From: the human T2T-CHM13v2.0 reference genome, Homo sapiens
Assembly (NCBI RefSeq): GCF_009914755.1
Contig: NC_060933.1
DNA length: 64,000 nt
Direction: 5' to 3' (one strand)
Positions within the stretch are counted from its first letter, which is position 1. Each line of letters begins with the position of its first letter. A program made the translations under genes and the position numbers. The notes below the pieces were generated by a model. The model was not told where the DNA came from and searched no databases. It saw nothing but the letters and a program-made list of their open reading frames with translations. Below are positions 27,701 to 42,459 of the stretch, in pieces.

Positions 27701-29759
27701 AATGGCAAGGAATGGAGTGGAATGGAATGGAATGGAATACTACGGAAGAGAATGGAATGGAACGAAATGGAATGGAATGGAATGGAATGGGTTCAACTCG
27801 AATGGAATGGAATGGAATGGGTTCAACTCGAAAGGAATGGAAAAGAAAGGAATCAACCCGAGTGGAATGGCATGGAATGGAATGGAATGGAATGGAATGG
27901 AATGGAATGGAATGGTACGGAATAGAATGGAATGGAACGAAATGGAAAGGAATGGAATGCAATGGAATGGAATGGAATGGAATGGAATCAACCCGAGTGC
28001 AGGGGAATGGAATGGAATGGAAGGCAATGGAAGGGAATCATCAAGAATTGAATGGAATGGAATGGAATGGAATGGAATGCAATGGAATGGAATGGAATGA
28101 ACTCGATTGAAATGGAATGGAATGGAATGGAATGGAATGGAATGGAATGGAATGGAATTAACCCTAATAGAATGGAATGGAATGGAATGGAATGGAATGG
28201 AATGGAATGGAATTAACCTGAATAGAATGGAATGCATTGGAACGGAATGGAATGGAATGGAATGGAATGGAATGGAATGGAATGGAATGGAATGGAATGC
28301 AATCATTCCGAGTGGAATAGAAGGGAATGAATTCGACTGGAATGGAAAGGAATGGAATCAACCAGAGTGGAATGGAAGGGAAAGGAATGGAATGGAAACT
28401 AATAAAATGGAATCAAAACGAGTGGAATGGAATGGAAAGGACTTGAATGGAATGGAATGGAATGGAATGGAATGGAATGGAATGGAATGGAATCAACTCG
28501 ATTTCAATGGAATGGAATGGAAAGGAATGGAATGGAATGAAAGGGAATGGAATGGAATGGAATGAAATTAACCCGAATAGAATGGAATGGAATGGCATGG
28601 AATGGAATGGAATGGAATGGAATAGAATGGAATCCATCCGAGTGCAGGGGAATGGAATGGAATGGAATGCAATGGAATGGAATCATACGGAAAGGAATGG
28701 AATGGAATGGAATGGAATGGATTCAACCCGAATGGAATGGAAAGGAACGGAATCAACCCGAGTGGAATGGCATGGAATGGAATGCAATGGAATGGAATGG
28801 AATGTTACGGAATAGAAAGGAATGGAACGAAATGGAATGGAATGGAATGGAATGGAATGGAATGGAATGGAATCAACCTGACTGAAATGGAATGGAGTGG
28901 AATGGAATGTAATGGACTGGAAACAGCCCGAATGGAATGGAATGTAATGGAGTGTAAGGGAATTGAGTACAATCAGTACGAATGTAATGGAATGGAATGG
29001 AACGGAATGGAATGGAATGGAAAGGAATGGAATCAACACGAGTGCAGGGGAATGGAATGGAATGGAATGCAATGGAATGGAATCATCCTGAATGGAATGG
29101 AATGGAATGGAATCAACCCGAGTGCAGAGGAATGGAATGGAATGGAAGGCAATGGATTGGAATGAAATGGAATGGCATGGAATGGAATGGAATCAACCCG
29201 AGTTCAATGGAATTGAATGGAATGGAATGGAATGGAATGGAATGGAATCAACTCTTTTGCAATGGAATGGAATGGAATGGAATGGAATGGAATGGAATGG
29301 AATGGAATGGAATTAACCCTAATAGAATGGAATGGAATGGAATGAAAAGGAATGGAATGGAATGGAATGGAAGGGAATGGAATGGAATGGAATGGAATTA
29401 ACCCGAATAGAATGGAATGGAATGCAATTGAATGGAATGGAATGGAATGGAATCAACTCGATTTCAATGGAATGGAATGGAATGGAATGGAATGCAATGG
29501 AATGGAATGGAATGGAATAGAATGGAATCCACCCGAGTGCAGGGGAATGGAATGGAATAGAATGCAATGGAATGGAATCATACTGAATGGAATGGAATGG
29601 AATGGAATGGAAACAACCCGAATGGAATGGAATGTGATGGATTGTAAGGGAATTGAATAGAAAAAATCCGAATGTAATGGAATTGAATGGAACGGAATGG
29701 AATGGATTGGAATGGAATGGAATGGAATGGAATGGAATGGAATGCAATGGAATGGGATC

Positions 29760-31100
29760 AACCCGAGTGCAATGGAATGGAATCAAAAGGAATGGAATGG
29801 AATGGAAAGGCTTCACCCGGAATGGAATGGAAAGGAATGGAATCAACCCGAGTGGAATGGAATGGAATGGAATGGAATGGAATGGAATGGAATGGAATGC
29901 AATGGAATGGAACGGAATGGAATCAACCCGATTGCAATGAAATTGAATGGAATGGAATGGAATGGAATGGAATTAACCCGAATAGAATGGAATGGAATTG
30001 AATGGAATGGTACGGAATGGAATGGAACGGAATGGAATGGAATGGAATTGAATGGAATCAACCCGGGTGCAGGGGAATGCAATTGAATGGAAGGCAATGG
30101 AATGCAATCATCCGGAATGGAATGGAATGGAATGGAATGGAATGGTTTCAACCCGAATGGAATGGAATGGAAAGGAATCAACCCGAGAGGAATGGCATGG
30201 AATGGAATGGAATGGAATGGAATAGAATGGAATGGAATGGTATGTAATAGAATGTAATGGAACGAAATGGAATGGAAGGGAATGGAATGGAATGGAATGG
30301 AATCAACCCGACTGCAATGGAATGGAGTGGAATGGAATGGAATGGAATGGAAACAACCCAAATGGAATGGAATGTAATGGAGTGTAAGGGAATTGAATAC
30401 AATCAATACGAATGTAATGGAATGGAATGGAACGGAATGGAATGGAATGGAATGGAATGGAATGCAGTGGAATGGAATCAAACCTAGTGCAATGGAATGG
30501 AATGCAATGGAATGGAATGGAATGGAATGGAATGGAATGGAATGGAATGGAATGGAATGGATTCAACCCAAATGGAATGGAAAGCAATGGAATGAACCCG
30601 AGTGCAATGGCATAGAACGGAATGGAATGGAATGGTATGGAATAGAATGGAATGGAAAGAAATGGAATGGAATGGAATAGAATGGAACAGGAATGGAATG
30701 GAAAGGAATGGAATGGAATGGAATGGAATAGAATGGAATGGAACGAAATGGAATGGAATGGAACGGAATGGAATGGAATCAATCCGAGTGGAATAGAAGG
30801 GAATGCAATCGAGTAGAATGGAAAGGAATGGAATCAACCAGAGTGGAATGGAAGGGAATGGAATGGAATGGAAACTAATAAAATGGAATCAACACGAGTG
30901 GAATGGAATGGAAAGGACTTGAATGGAATGGAATGGAATGGAATGGAATCAACTCGATTGCAATGGAATGTAATGGAATGGAATGGAATGGAATTAATGC
31001 GAATAGAATGGATTGGAATGGAATGGAACGGAATGGAATGGAATGGAATGGAATGGAATCAAAATGAGTGCAGGGGAATGGAATGGAATGGAATGGAATA
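29760..31100 (+). repeat. Dispersed copy of ~15810-17120 (offset ~13.96 kb)
   Basis: GGCTTCACCC 15855/29809, AACCCGGGTGCAGGGG 16081/30060, AATGCGAATAGAATGGATTG 17011/30996. Confidence 0.85.
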
Positions 31101-33874
31101 GAATGGAATGGAATGGAAGGGAATGGAATGGAATGGAATTAACCTGAACAGAATGGAATGGAATGGAATGGAACGGAATGGAATGGAATGGAATGGAATG
31201 GAATCCACCCGAGTTCAGGGGAATGGAATGGAATGGAATGCAATGGAATGGAATCAATCAACCCGAGTGCAATAGAATGCAGTGGAATGGAATGGAATGG
31301 AATGGAAAGTACCCGAATGGAATGGAATGTAATGGAGTGTAAGGGAATTAAAAAGAATCAATACGAATGTAATTGAATGGAATGGAACGGAATAGAATGG
31401 AATGGAATGGAATGGAATGGAATGAAATGGAATGGCATGGAATGGAATGGAATCAACCCGAGTGCAATGGAATGGAATCGAATGGAATGGAAGGGAATGG
31501 AATGGATTGAACCCGAATGGAATGGAAAGGAATGGAATAAACCCGAGTGGAATGGCATGGAATGGAATGGAATGGAATGGAATGGTACGGAATAGAATGG
31601 AAAAGAACGAAATGGAATGGAATGGAATGGAATGGAATGAACCCGTGTGCAATGGAATGGAATGGAATGGATTGGAATGGAATGGGTTCAACTCGAAAGG
31701 AATGGAAAGGAATGGAATCAACCCGAGTGGAATGGCATGGAATCGAATGGAAAGGAATGGTATGGAATGGAATGGAATGGAATGGAATGGAATGGAATGG
31801 AATGGAATGGAATGAAATGGAATGGAATGGAATGGAATGGAATCAACCCGAGTGTAATGTAATGGAATCGAATGGAATGGAATGGAATGGAATGGATTCA
31901 ACCCAAATGGAATGGAAAGGAATGGAATCAACCCGAGTGGAATGGCATGGAATGGACTGGAATGGAATGGAATGGAATGGAATGGTACGGAATAGAATGG
32001 AATGGAACGAAATGGAATGGAATGGAATGGAATGGAATGGAATGGAATGGAATGGAATGAACCCGTGTGCAATGGAATGGAATCGAATGGAATGGAATGG
32101 AATGGAAAGGATACAACTCGAATGGAATGGAAAGGAATGAAATCAACCCGAGTGGAATGGCATGGACTGGAATGGAATGGAATGGCACGGAATGGAATGG
32201 AATTGAATTGTACGGATTAGAATCGAATGGAATGAAATGGAATGGAATGGAATGGAATGGAATGGAATGGAATGGAATGGAAACAAACCGAGTGCATGAT
32301 AATGGAATGGAATGAAAGGCAATGGAATGGAATCATCCGGAATGGAATGGAATGGAATGGAATGGAATGGAATGGAATGGAATCAACTCGATTTCAATGG
32401 AATGGAATGGAATGGAATGCAATGCAATGGAAGGGAATGGAATGGAATGGAATGAAATTAACCCGAATGGAATGGAATGGAATGGAATGGAATGGAATGG
32501 AATAGAATGGAATCCACCCGAGTGCAGGGGAATGGAATGGAATGGAATGCAATGGAATGGAATCATACGGAATGGAATGGAATGGAATGGAATGCTATGG
32601 AATGGAATGGAATCAACCCGATTGCAATGGAATGGAGTGGAATGGAATGGAATGGAATGGAAACAACCCGAATGGAATGGAATGTAATGGAGAGTAAGGC
32701 AATTGAATAGAATCAATACGAATGTAATGGAATGGAATGGAACGGAATGGAATGCAATGGAATGGAATGGAATGCAATGGAATGGGATCAACCCGAGTGA
32801 AATGGAATGGAATCGAAAGGAATGGAATGGAATGGAATGGTTTCAACCCGAATGGAATGGAAAGGAATGGAATCAACCCGAGTGGAATGGAATGGAATGG
32901 AATGGAATGGAATTGGTTCAACTCGAATGGAATGGAAAGGAATGGAATCAACCCGAGTGGAATGGCATGGAATGGAATGGAATGGAATGGAATGGAATGG
33001 AATGGAAGGGAATGGAATGGAATGGAATTAACCTGAACAGAATGGAAGGGAATGGAATGGAACGGAACGGAATGGAATGGAATGGAATGGAATGGAATGG
33101 AATGGAATGGGATCAACCCGAGTACAGGGGAATGGAATGCAATGGAATGCAATGGAATGGAATCATCCGGAAGGGAATGGAATTGAATGGAATGCAATGG
33201 AATGGAATCAATCAACCCGAGTGCAATAGAATGCAGTGGAATGTAATGGAATGGTATGGAAACTACCTGAATGGAATAGAATGTAATGGAGTGTAAGGGA
33301 ATTAAAAAGAATCAATCCGAATGTAATGGAATTGAATGGAATGGAATGGAATGGAATGGAATGGAATGGAATGGAATTAACCCGAATAGAATGGAAAGGA
33401 ATGGAATGGAATGGAATGGAATGGAATGGAATGGAATTGAATGGAATGGAACGGAATAGAATGGAATGGAACGAAATGGAATGGAATGGAATGGAATGGA
33501 ATGGAATGGAATGGAATGGAATGGAATCAACCCGAGTGCAAGGGAATGGAATGGAATTGAAGGCAATGGAATGGAATCATATGGAATTGAATGGAATGGA
33601 ATGGAATCAACTCGATTGCAATGGAATGGAATGGAATGGAATGGAATGGAATGGAATGGAATGGAATGGAATTAACCCGAATAGAATGGAATTGAATGGA
33701 ATGGAATGGAATGGAAGTAAATGGAATGGAATGTAATGAACCCGAGGTCAGGGGAATGGAATGGAATGGAATGCAATGGAATGGAGTCATCCGGAATGGA
33801 AAAGAAAGGAATGGAATGGAATCAACCCGTGTGCAATGGAATGGAAAGGAATGGAATGGAATGGAATGGAATGG

Positions 33875-34670
33875 AATGAAATGGAATGGCATGGAATGGA
33901 ATGGAATCAACCCGAGTGCAATGGAATGGAATCGAATGGAATGGAAGGGAATGGAATGGATTGAACCCGAATGGAATGGAAAGGAATGGAATAAACCCGA
34001 GTGGAATGGCATGGAATGGAATGGAATGGAATGGAATGGTACGGAATAGAATGGAAAAGAACGAAATGGAATGGAATGGAATGGAATGGAATGAACCCGT
34101 GTGCAATGGAATGGAATAGAATGGATTGGAATGGAATGGGTTCAACTCGAAAGGAATGGAAAGGAATGGAACCAACCCGAGTGTAATGGCATGGAATGGA
34201 ATGGAATGGAATGGTATGGAATGGAATGGAATGGAATGGAATGGAATGGAATGGAATGGAATGGAATGAAATGGAATGGAATGGAATGGAATGGAATCAA
34301 CCCGAGTGTAATGTAATGGAATCGAATGGAATGGAATGGAATGGAATGGATTCAACCCAAATGGAATGGAAAGGAATGGAATCAACCCGAGTGGAATGGC
34401 ATGGAATGGACTGGATTGGAATGGAATGGAATGGAATGGTACGGAATAGAATTGAATGGAACGAAATGGAATGGAATGGAATGGAATGGAATGAACCCGT
34501 GTGCAATGGAATGGAATCGAATGGAATGGAATGGAATGGAAAGGATACAACTCGAATGGAATGGAAAGGAATGAAATCAACCTGAGTGGAATGGCATGGA
34601 CTGGAATGGAATGGAATGGCATGGAATGGAATGGAATTGAATGGTACGGATTAGAATCGAATGGAATGAA
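33875..34670 (+). repeat. Copy of ~31420-32230 (offset ~2.44 kb)
   Basis: TTGAACCCG 31507/33961, ATACAACTCG 32111/34545, TACGGATTAGAATCG ~32211/~34645. Confidence 0.85.
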
Positions 34671-34690
34671 ATGGAGTGGAACGGAACGGA

Positions 34691-37600
34691 ATGGAATGGA
34701 ATGGAATGGAATGGAACGGAACGGAATGGAATGGAATGGAATACAATGGAATCAACGCGAGTGCAGGGGAATGGAATGGAATGGAATGCAATGGAATGGA
34801 ATGGAATGGAATGCAATGGAATGGAATCTTCCGGAATGGAATGGAATGGAATCGAATGGAATGAAAGGCAATGGATTCAACTCGATTGCAATGGAATGGA
34901 ATAGAATGGAATGGAATGGAATGGAATGGAATGGAATTGAATGGAATGGAATGCCTTCAAACCGAATGGAATGGAAAGGAATGGAATCAACACGAGTGGA
35001 AAGGAATGGAATGGAAAGGAATGGAATGGAATGGAATGGTACGGAATAGAATGGAATCGAACGAACTGGAATGGAATGGAATGGAATGGAATGGAATGGA
35101 ATGGAATGGAATCGTTCCGAGTGGAATAGGAGGGAATGTATTCGAGTGGAATGGAAAGGAATGGAATCAACCAGAGTGGAATGGAAGGGAATGGAATGGA
35201 ATGGAAACTAATAGAATGGAATCCACCAGAGTGGAAAGGAATGCAAAGGAATGGAATGGAATGGAATGGAATGGAATGGAATGGAATGGAATCAACTCGA
35301 TTGCAATGGAATGGAATGGAATGGAATGGAATGGAATGGAATGGAATGGAATGGAATGAAATTAACCCGAATACAATGGAATGGAATGGAATGGAACGGA
35401 AAGCAGTGGAATGGAATGCAATCAACCCGAGTGCAGGGGAATGGAATGGAATGGAATGCAATGGAATGGAATCATCCGGAATGGAATGGAATGGAATGGA
35501 ATGCAAAGCAATGGAATCAACTCGATTGCAATGGAATGGAATGGAATGGAAAGGAATAGAATGGAATCAACCCGAGTGTAATGGAATGGAAAGGACTGGA
35601 ATGGAGTGGAAAGGAATGGAATGGAATGGAATGGAATCAACTCGATTGGAATGGAATCTAACGGAATGGAATGGAATGGAATGGAATGGAATGGAATTAA
35701 ACCGAATAGAATGGAATGGAATGGAATGGAACTGAATGGAATGGAATGGAATGGAATAGAATGGAATGGAATGGAATCAACCCGACTGCAGGGGAATGGA
35801 ATGGAATGGAATGGAATGGAATGGAATCATCCGGAACGGAATGGAATGGAATGGAATGGAATCAACTCGATTGCAATGGAATGGAATGCAATGGAATGGA
35901 ATGGAATGGAATGGAATGAAATTAACCGGAATAGAATGGAATGGAATGGAATGGAACGGAATGGAATGGAATGGAATGGAATGGAATGGAATGGAATGGA
36001 ATGGAATGGAATCAACCCGAGTGCGGGGGAATGGAATGGAATGGAATGCAATGGAATGGAATCATCCGGAATGGAATGGAATGGAATGGAATGCAATCAA
36101 CCTGATGCAATGGAATGGAGTGGAATGGAATGGAATGGAATGGAAACATCCCGAATGGAATGGAATGTAATGGAGTGTAAGGGAATTGAATAGAATGAAT
36201 CCGAATGGAATGGAATGGAAAGGAATGGAATGGAATGGAATGGAATGGAATGCAATGCCATGGAATCAACCCGAGTGCAATCGAATGGAATCGAATGGAA
36301 TGGAATGCAATGGAATGGATTCAACTTGAATGGAATGGAAAGAATGGAATCAACACGAGTGGAATGGCATGGATTGGAATGGAATGGAATGGAATCAACC
36401 CGAGTACAGGGGAATGGAATGGAATGGAATGAAATGGAATGGAATCATCCGTAATGTAATGGAAAGGAATGGAATGGAATGGAATGGAATGGAATGGAAT
36501 GGAATGGAATCAACTCTATTGCAATGGAATGGAATGGAATGGAATGGAATTAACCCGAATAGAATGGAATGGAATCGAATGGAATGGAATGGAACGGAAC
36601 GGAATGGAATGGAATGGAATGGAATGGAATGGAACGGATCGGAATGGAATGGAATGGAATGGAATGGAATGGAATCAACGCGAGTGCAGAGGAATGGAAT
36701 GGAATGGAATGCAATGGAATGGAATCTTCCGGAATGGAATGGAATGGAATGGAATGGAATAGAATGGAATGGAATGGAATGGAATGGAATCAACCCGAGT
36801 ACAGGGGAATGGAATAGAATGTAATGCAATGGAATGGAATCATCCGTAATGGAATGGAAATGAATGGAAAGGAATAGAATGGAATGGAATGGAATGGAAT
36901 CAACTCGATTGCAATCGAATGAAATGGAATGGAATTAACCCGAATAGAATGGAATGGAATCGAATGGAACGGAACGGAATGGAATGGAATGGAATGGAAT
37001 GGAATGGAACGGAAAGGAATGGAATGGAACGGAATGAAATGGAATGGAATGGAATGGAATGGAATGAAATGGAACGGAATGGAATGGAATGGAATCAACG
37101 CGAGTGCAGGGGAATGGAATGGATTGGAATGGAATGGAATGGAATGGAAACAACACGAGTGCAATGGCATGGATTGGAATGGAATGGAATGGAATGGAAC
37201 AACCCGAATGGAACGGAATGTAATGGAGAGTAAGGCAGTTGGATAGAATCAATACGAGTGTAATGGAATGGAATGGAACAGAATGGAATGGAATGGAATG
37301 GAATGGAAGGGAATGGAATGGAATGCAATGGAATGGAATCAACCCGACTGCAATCGAATGGAATCGAATGGAATGGAATGCAATGGAAAGGATTCAACTT
37401 GAATGGAATGGAAAGAATGGAATCAACAGGAGTGGAATGGCATGGATTGGAATGGAATGGAATGGAATCAAACCGAGTACAGGGGAATGGAATGGAATGG
37501 AATGCAATGGAATGGAATCATCCGTAATGGAATGGAAAGGAATGGAATGGAAAGGAATGAAATGGAATGGAATGGAATGGAATGGAATGGAATGGAATGG

Positions 37601-39480
37601 AACGGAACGGAACGGAACGGAATGGAATGGAATGGAATGGAATGGAATGGAATCAACGCGAGTGCAGGGGAATGGAATGTAATGGAATGCAATGGAATGG
37701 AAGCTTCCGGAATGGAATGGAATGGAATGGAATGCAATGGATTCAACTCGATTGCAATGGAATGGAATAGAATGGAATGCAATGGAATGGAATGGAATTA
37801 ACCCGAATAGAATGGAATGGAATGGAACGGAATGGAACGGAACGCAATGGAATGGTGTGGAATGGAATGGAATGGAATGGAATCAACGCGAGTGCAGGGG
37901 AATGAAATGGAACGGAATGTAATGGAATGGAATCATCCGGAATGGAATGGAATGGAATGGAATGGAATGGAATCAACCCGAGTGCAATGGAATGGAGTGG
38001 AATGGAATGGAATGGAATGGAACAACCCAAATGGAATGGAATGTAATGGAGAGTAAGGGAGTTGAATAGAATCAATCCGAATGTAATGGAATGGAATGGA
38101 ACGGAATGGAATGGAATGGAATGGAATGCAATGGAATGGAATCAACCCGAGTACAATGGAATGGAATGGAATGGAAGGGAATGGAATGGAATGGAATGGC
38201 TTCAAACCGAATGGAATGGAAAGGAATGGAATCAACACGAGTGGAATGGAATGGAATGGAATGGAATGGAATGGAATGGAATGGAATGGTATGGAATAGA
38301 ATGAAATGGAAAGAAATGGAATGGAATGGAATGGAATGGAATGGAATGGAATGGAATCGTTCTGAGTGGAATAGGAGGGAATGTATTCGAGTGGATTGGA
38401 AAGGAATGGAATCAACCAGAGTGGAATGGAAGGGAATGGAATGGAATGGAAACTAATAGAATGGAATCAACCCGAGTGGAATGGAATGGAAAGGACTGGA
38501 ATGGAATGGAATGGAATGGAATGGAATCAACTCGATTGTAATCGAATGGAATGGAATGGAATGGAATGGAATGGAATGGAATGGAATTAACCCAAATACA
38601 ATGGAATGTAATGGAATGGAACGGAATGAAGTGGAATGGAATGGAATCAACCCGAGTGCAGGGGAATGGAATGGAATGGAATGCAATGGAATGGAATCAT
38701 CCGGAATGGAATGGAATGCAAAGCAATGGAATCAACTCGATTGCAATGGAATGGAATGGACTGGAAAGGAATACATTGGAATCAACCCGAGTGGAATGGA
38801 ATGGAAAGGAGTGGAATGGAGTGGAATGGAATGGAATTGAATGGAATGGAATCAACTCGATTGGAATGGAATGGAATGGAATGGAATGGAATCGAATGGA
38901 ATGGAATTAACCCGAATAGAATGGAATGGAATTAAATGGAACGGAATGGAGAGGAATGGAATGGAATGGAATGGAATGGAATGGAATCAACCCGACTGCA
39001 GGGGAATGGAATGGAATGGAATGCAATGGAATGGATTCAACTTGAATGGAATGGAAAGAATGGAATCAACACGAGTGGAATGGCATGGATTGGAATGGAA
39101 TGGAATGGAATCAACCCGAGTACAGGGGAATGGAATGGAATGGAATGGAATGGAATGCAATGGAATGGAATCATCCGTAATGGAATGGAAAGGAATGGAA
39201 TGGAATGGAATGGAATGGAATGGAATGGAATCAACTCGATTGCAATCGAATGGAATGGAATGGAATTAACCCGAAAAGAATGGAATGGAATGGAATGGAA
39301 CGGAACGGAACGGAACGGAATGGAATGGAATGGAATGGAATGGAATGGAACGGAAAGGAACGGAATGGAATGGAATGGAATGGAATGGAATGGAATCAAC
39401 TCGATGGCAATCGAATGGAATGGAATGGAATTAACCCGAATAGAATTGAATGGAATGGAGTGGAACAGAACGGAATAGAA
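34691..39480 (+). repeat. HSat3 sub-domain A2 (dialect A)
   Basis: Return of CAACGCGAGTGCAGGGG (~34753), CTTCCGG (34823, 36721), CGTTCCGAGTGGAATAGGAGGG (35113, variant 38358), CATCCGTAA and GGAAAGAATGG (36337, 37410, 39053). Confidence 0.75.
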
Positions 39481-40799
39481 TGGAATGGAATGGAATGGAA
39501 TGGAATGGAATGAAATGGAATGGAATGGAATGGAATGGAATGGAATCAACCCGAGTGCAGGGGAATGGAATGGAATTGAAGGCAATGGAATGGAATCATC
39601 CGGAATTGAATGGAATGGAATGGAATCAACTGGATTGCAATGGAATGGAATGGAACGGAATGGAATGGAATGGAATGGAATGGAATGGAATGGAATGGAA
39701 TGGAATGGAATGGAATTAACCAGAATAGAATGGAATTGAATGGAATGGAATGGAATGGAAGTAAAAGGAATGGAATGTAATGAACCCGAGTGCAGGGGAA
39801 TGGAATGGAATGGAATGCAATGGAATGGAGTCATCCGGAGTGGAACAGAAAGGAATGGAATGGAATCAACCCGTGTGCAATGGAATGGAAAGGAATGGAA
39901 TGGAATGGAATGGAATGGAATGGAATGGAATGGAATCAACCCGAATGGAATGGAAAGGAAGGGAATCAACCCAAGTGGAATGGCATGGAATGGAATGGAA
40001 TGGAATGGAATGGAATGGTACCGAATATAATGGAATGGAACGAAATGGAATAGAATGGAATGGAATGGTATGGAAACAACCCGAATGGAATGGAATGAAA
40101 TGGAGTGTAAGGGAATTGAATACAATCAATCCGAATGTAATGGAATGGAATGGAACGGAATGGAATGGAATGGAATGGAATGCCGTGGAATGGAATCAAA
40201 CCTAGTGCAATGGAATGGAATGGAATGGAATGGAATGGAATGGAATGGATTCAACCCAAATGGAATGGAAAGCAATGGAATCAACCCGAGTGGAATGGCA
40301 TGGAATGGAATGGAACGGAATGGAATGGAATGGAATGGAATGGAATGGAATGGAATGGTACGGAATAGAATGGAATGGAACGAAATGGAATGGAACGGTA
40401 TGGAATGGAACGGAAAGGAATGGAATCAACTCGATTGCAATGGAAAGCAATGGAATGGAATGGAATGCAATTAAAGCGAATAGAATGGAATGGAATGGAA
40501 TGGAACGGAATGGAATGGAATGGAATGGAATGGAATCGAATGGAATCAACCTGAGTGCAGGGGAATGGAATGGAATGGAATGCAATGGAATGTAATGGAA
40601 TGGAATGCAATGGAATCAACTCGATTGCAATGCAATGGAATGGAATGGAATGGAAGGGAAAGGAATGGAATGGAATTAACCTGAACAGAATGGAATGGAA
40701 TGGAATGGAACGGAATGGAATGGAATGGAATGGAATGGAATGGTATGGAATGGAATGAACCCGTGTGCAATGGAATGGAATGGAATGGAATGGAAGGGA

Positions 40800-42350
40800 A
40801 TGGAATGGAATGGAAACTAATAAAATGGAATCAACACGAGTGGAATGGAATGGAAAGGACTTGAATGGAATGGAATGGAATGGAATGGAATGGAATCAAC
40901 TCGATTGCAATGGAATGTAATGGAATGGAATGGAATGGAATTAATGCGAATAGAATGGATTGGAATGGAATGGAACGGAATGGAATGGAATAGAATGGAA
41001 TGGAATGGAATCAAACTGAGTGCAGGGGAATGGAATGGAATGGAATGGAATAGAATGGAATGGAATGGAAGGGAATGGAATGGAATGGAATTAACCTGAA
41101 CAGAATGGAATGGAATGGAATGGAACGGAATGGAATGGAATGGAATGGAATGGAATCCACCCGAGTTCAGGGGAATGGAATGGAATGGAATGCAATGGAA
41201 TGGAATCAATCAACCCGAGTGCAATAGAATGCAGTGGAATGGAATGGAATGGAATGGAAAGTACCCGAATGGAATGGAATGTAATGGAGTGTAAGGAAAT
41301 TAAAAAGAATCAATACGAATGTAATTGAATGGAATGGAACGGAATAGAATGGAATGGAATGGAATGGAATGGAATGGAATGGAATGGAATGGAATGAAAT
41401 GGAATGGCATGGAATGGAATGGAATCAACCCGAGTGCAATGGAATGGAATCGAATGGAATGGAAGGGAATGGAATGGATTGAACCCGAATGGAATGGAAA
41501 GGAATGGAATAAACCCGAGTGGAATGGCATGGAATGGAATGGAATGGAATGGAATGGTACGCAATAGAATGGAAAAGAACGAAATGGAATGGAATGTAAT
41601 GGAATGGAATGAACCCGTGTGCAATGGAATGGAATGGAATGGAATGGAATGGAATGGAATGGGTTCAACTCGAAAGGAATGGAAAGGAATGGAATCAACC
41701 CGAGAGGAATGGCATGGAATGGAATGGAATGGAATGGTATGGAATGGAATGGAATGGAATGGAATGGAATGGAATGGAATGGAATGAAATGGAATGGAAT
41801 GGAATGGAATGGAATCAACCCGAGTGTAATGTGATGGAATCGAATGGAATGGAATGGAATGGAATGGATTCAACCCAAATGGAATGGAAAGGAATGGAAT
41901 CAACCCGAGTGGAAGGGCATGGAATGGACTGGAATGGAATGGAATGGAATGGAATGGTACGGAATAGAATGGAATGGAACGAAATGGAATGGAATGGAAT
42001 GGAATGGAATGGAATGGAATGGAATGAACCCGTGTGCAATGGAATGGAATCGGATGGAATGGAATGGAATGGAAAGGATACAACTCGAATGGAATGGAAA
42101 GGAATGAAATCAACCCGAGTGGAATGGCATGGACTGGAATGGAATGGAATGGCATGGAATGGAATGGAATTGAATGGTACGGAATAGAATCGAATGGAAC
42201 GAAATGGAATGGAATGGAATGGAATGGAATGGAATGGAATGGAATGGAATGGAAACAACCCGGGTGCATGGTAATGGAATGGAATGGAAGGCAATGGAAT
42301 GGAATCATCCGGAATGGAATTGAATGGAATGGAATGGAATGGAATGGAAT
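40800..42350 (+). repeat. Copy of ~30850-32400 (offset ~9.96 kb)
   Basis: AATGCGAATAG 30996/40943, TTGAACCCG 31507/41479, ATACAACTCG 32111/42078. Confidence 0.85.
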
Positions 42351-42459
42351 CAACTCGATTGGAATGGAATGGAATGGAATGGAATGGAATGGAATTAACC
42401 CGAATAGAATCGAATGGAATGGAATGGAATGGAATGGAATGGAATGGAATGGAATGGAA

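Larger units (their letters stand above)
15801..34690 (+). repeat. HSat3 sub-domain B1 (dialect B)
   Basis: Words GAACCCGTGTGC, GGGTTCAACTCG, AATAAACCCGAGTG(G/A)AATGGCATGG, AAACCTAGTGC, GAATCAATCAACCCG, AAAGTACCCG, ATTAAAAAGAATC, CATACGG and TACTACGGAAGAG recur. CATCCGTAA, GGAAAGAATGGAATCAACACG and CTTCCGG were not seen. Confidence 0.8.

Noticed and set aside
39037-42353. Longest - strand ORFs (362 aa and 347 aa, IPFHS repeats)
   Set aside because: These are translations of (CATTC)n. Their length reflects chance absence of stop-creating variants, and many start at non-ATG codons.
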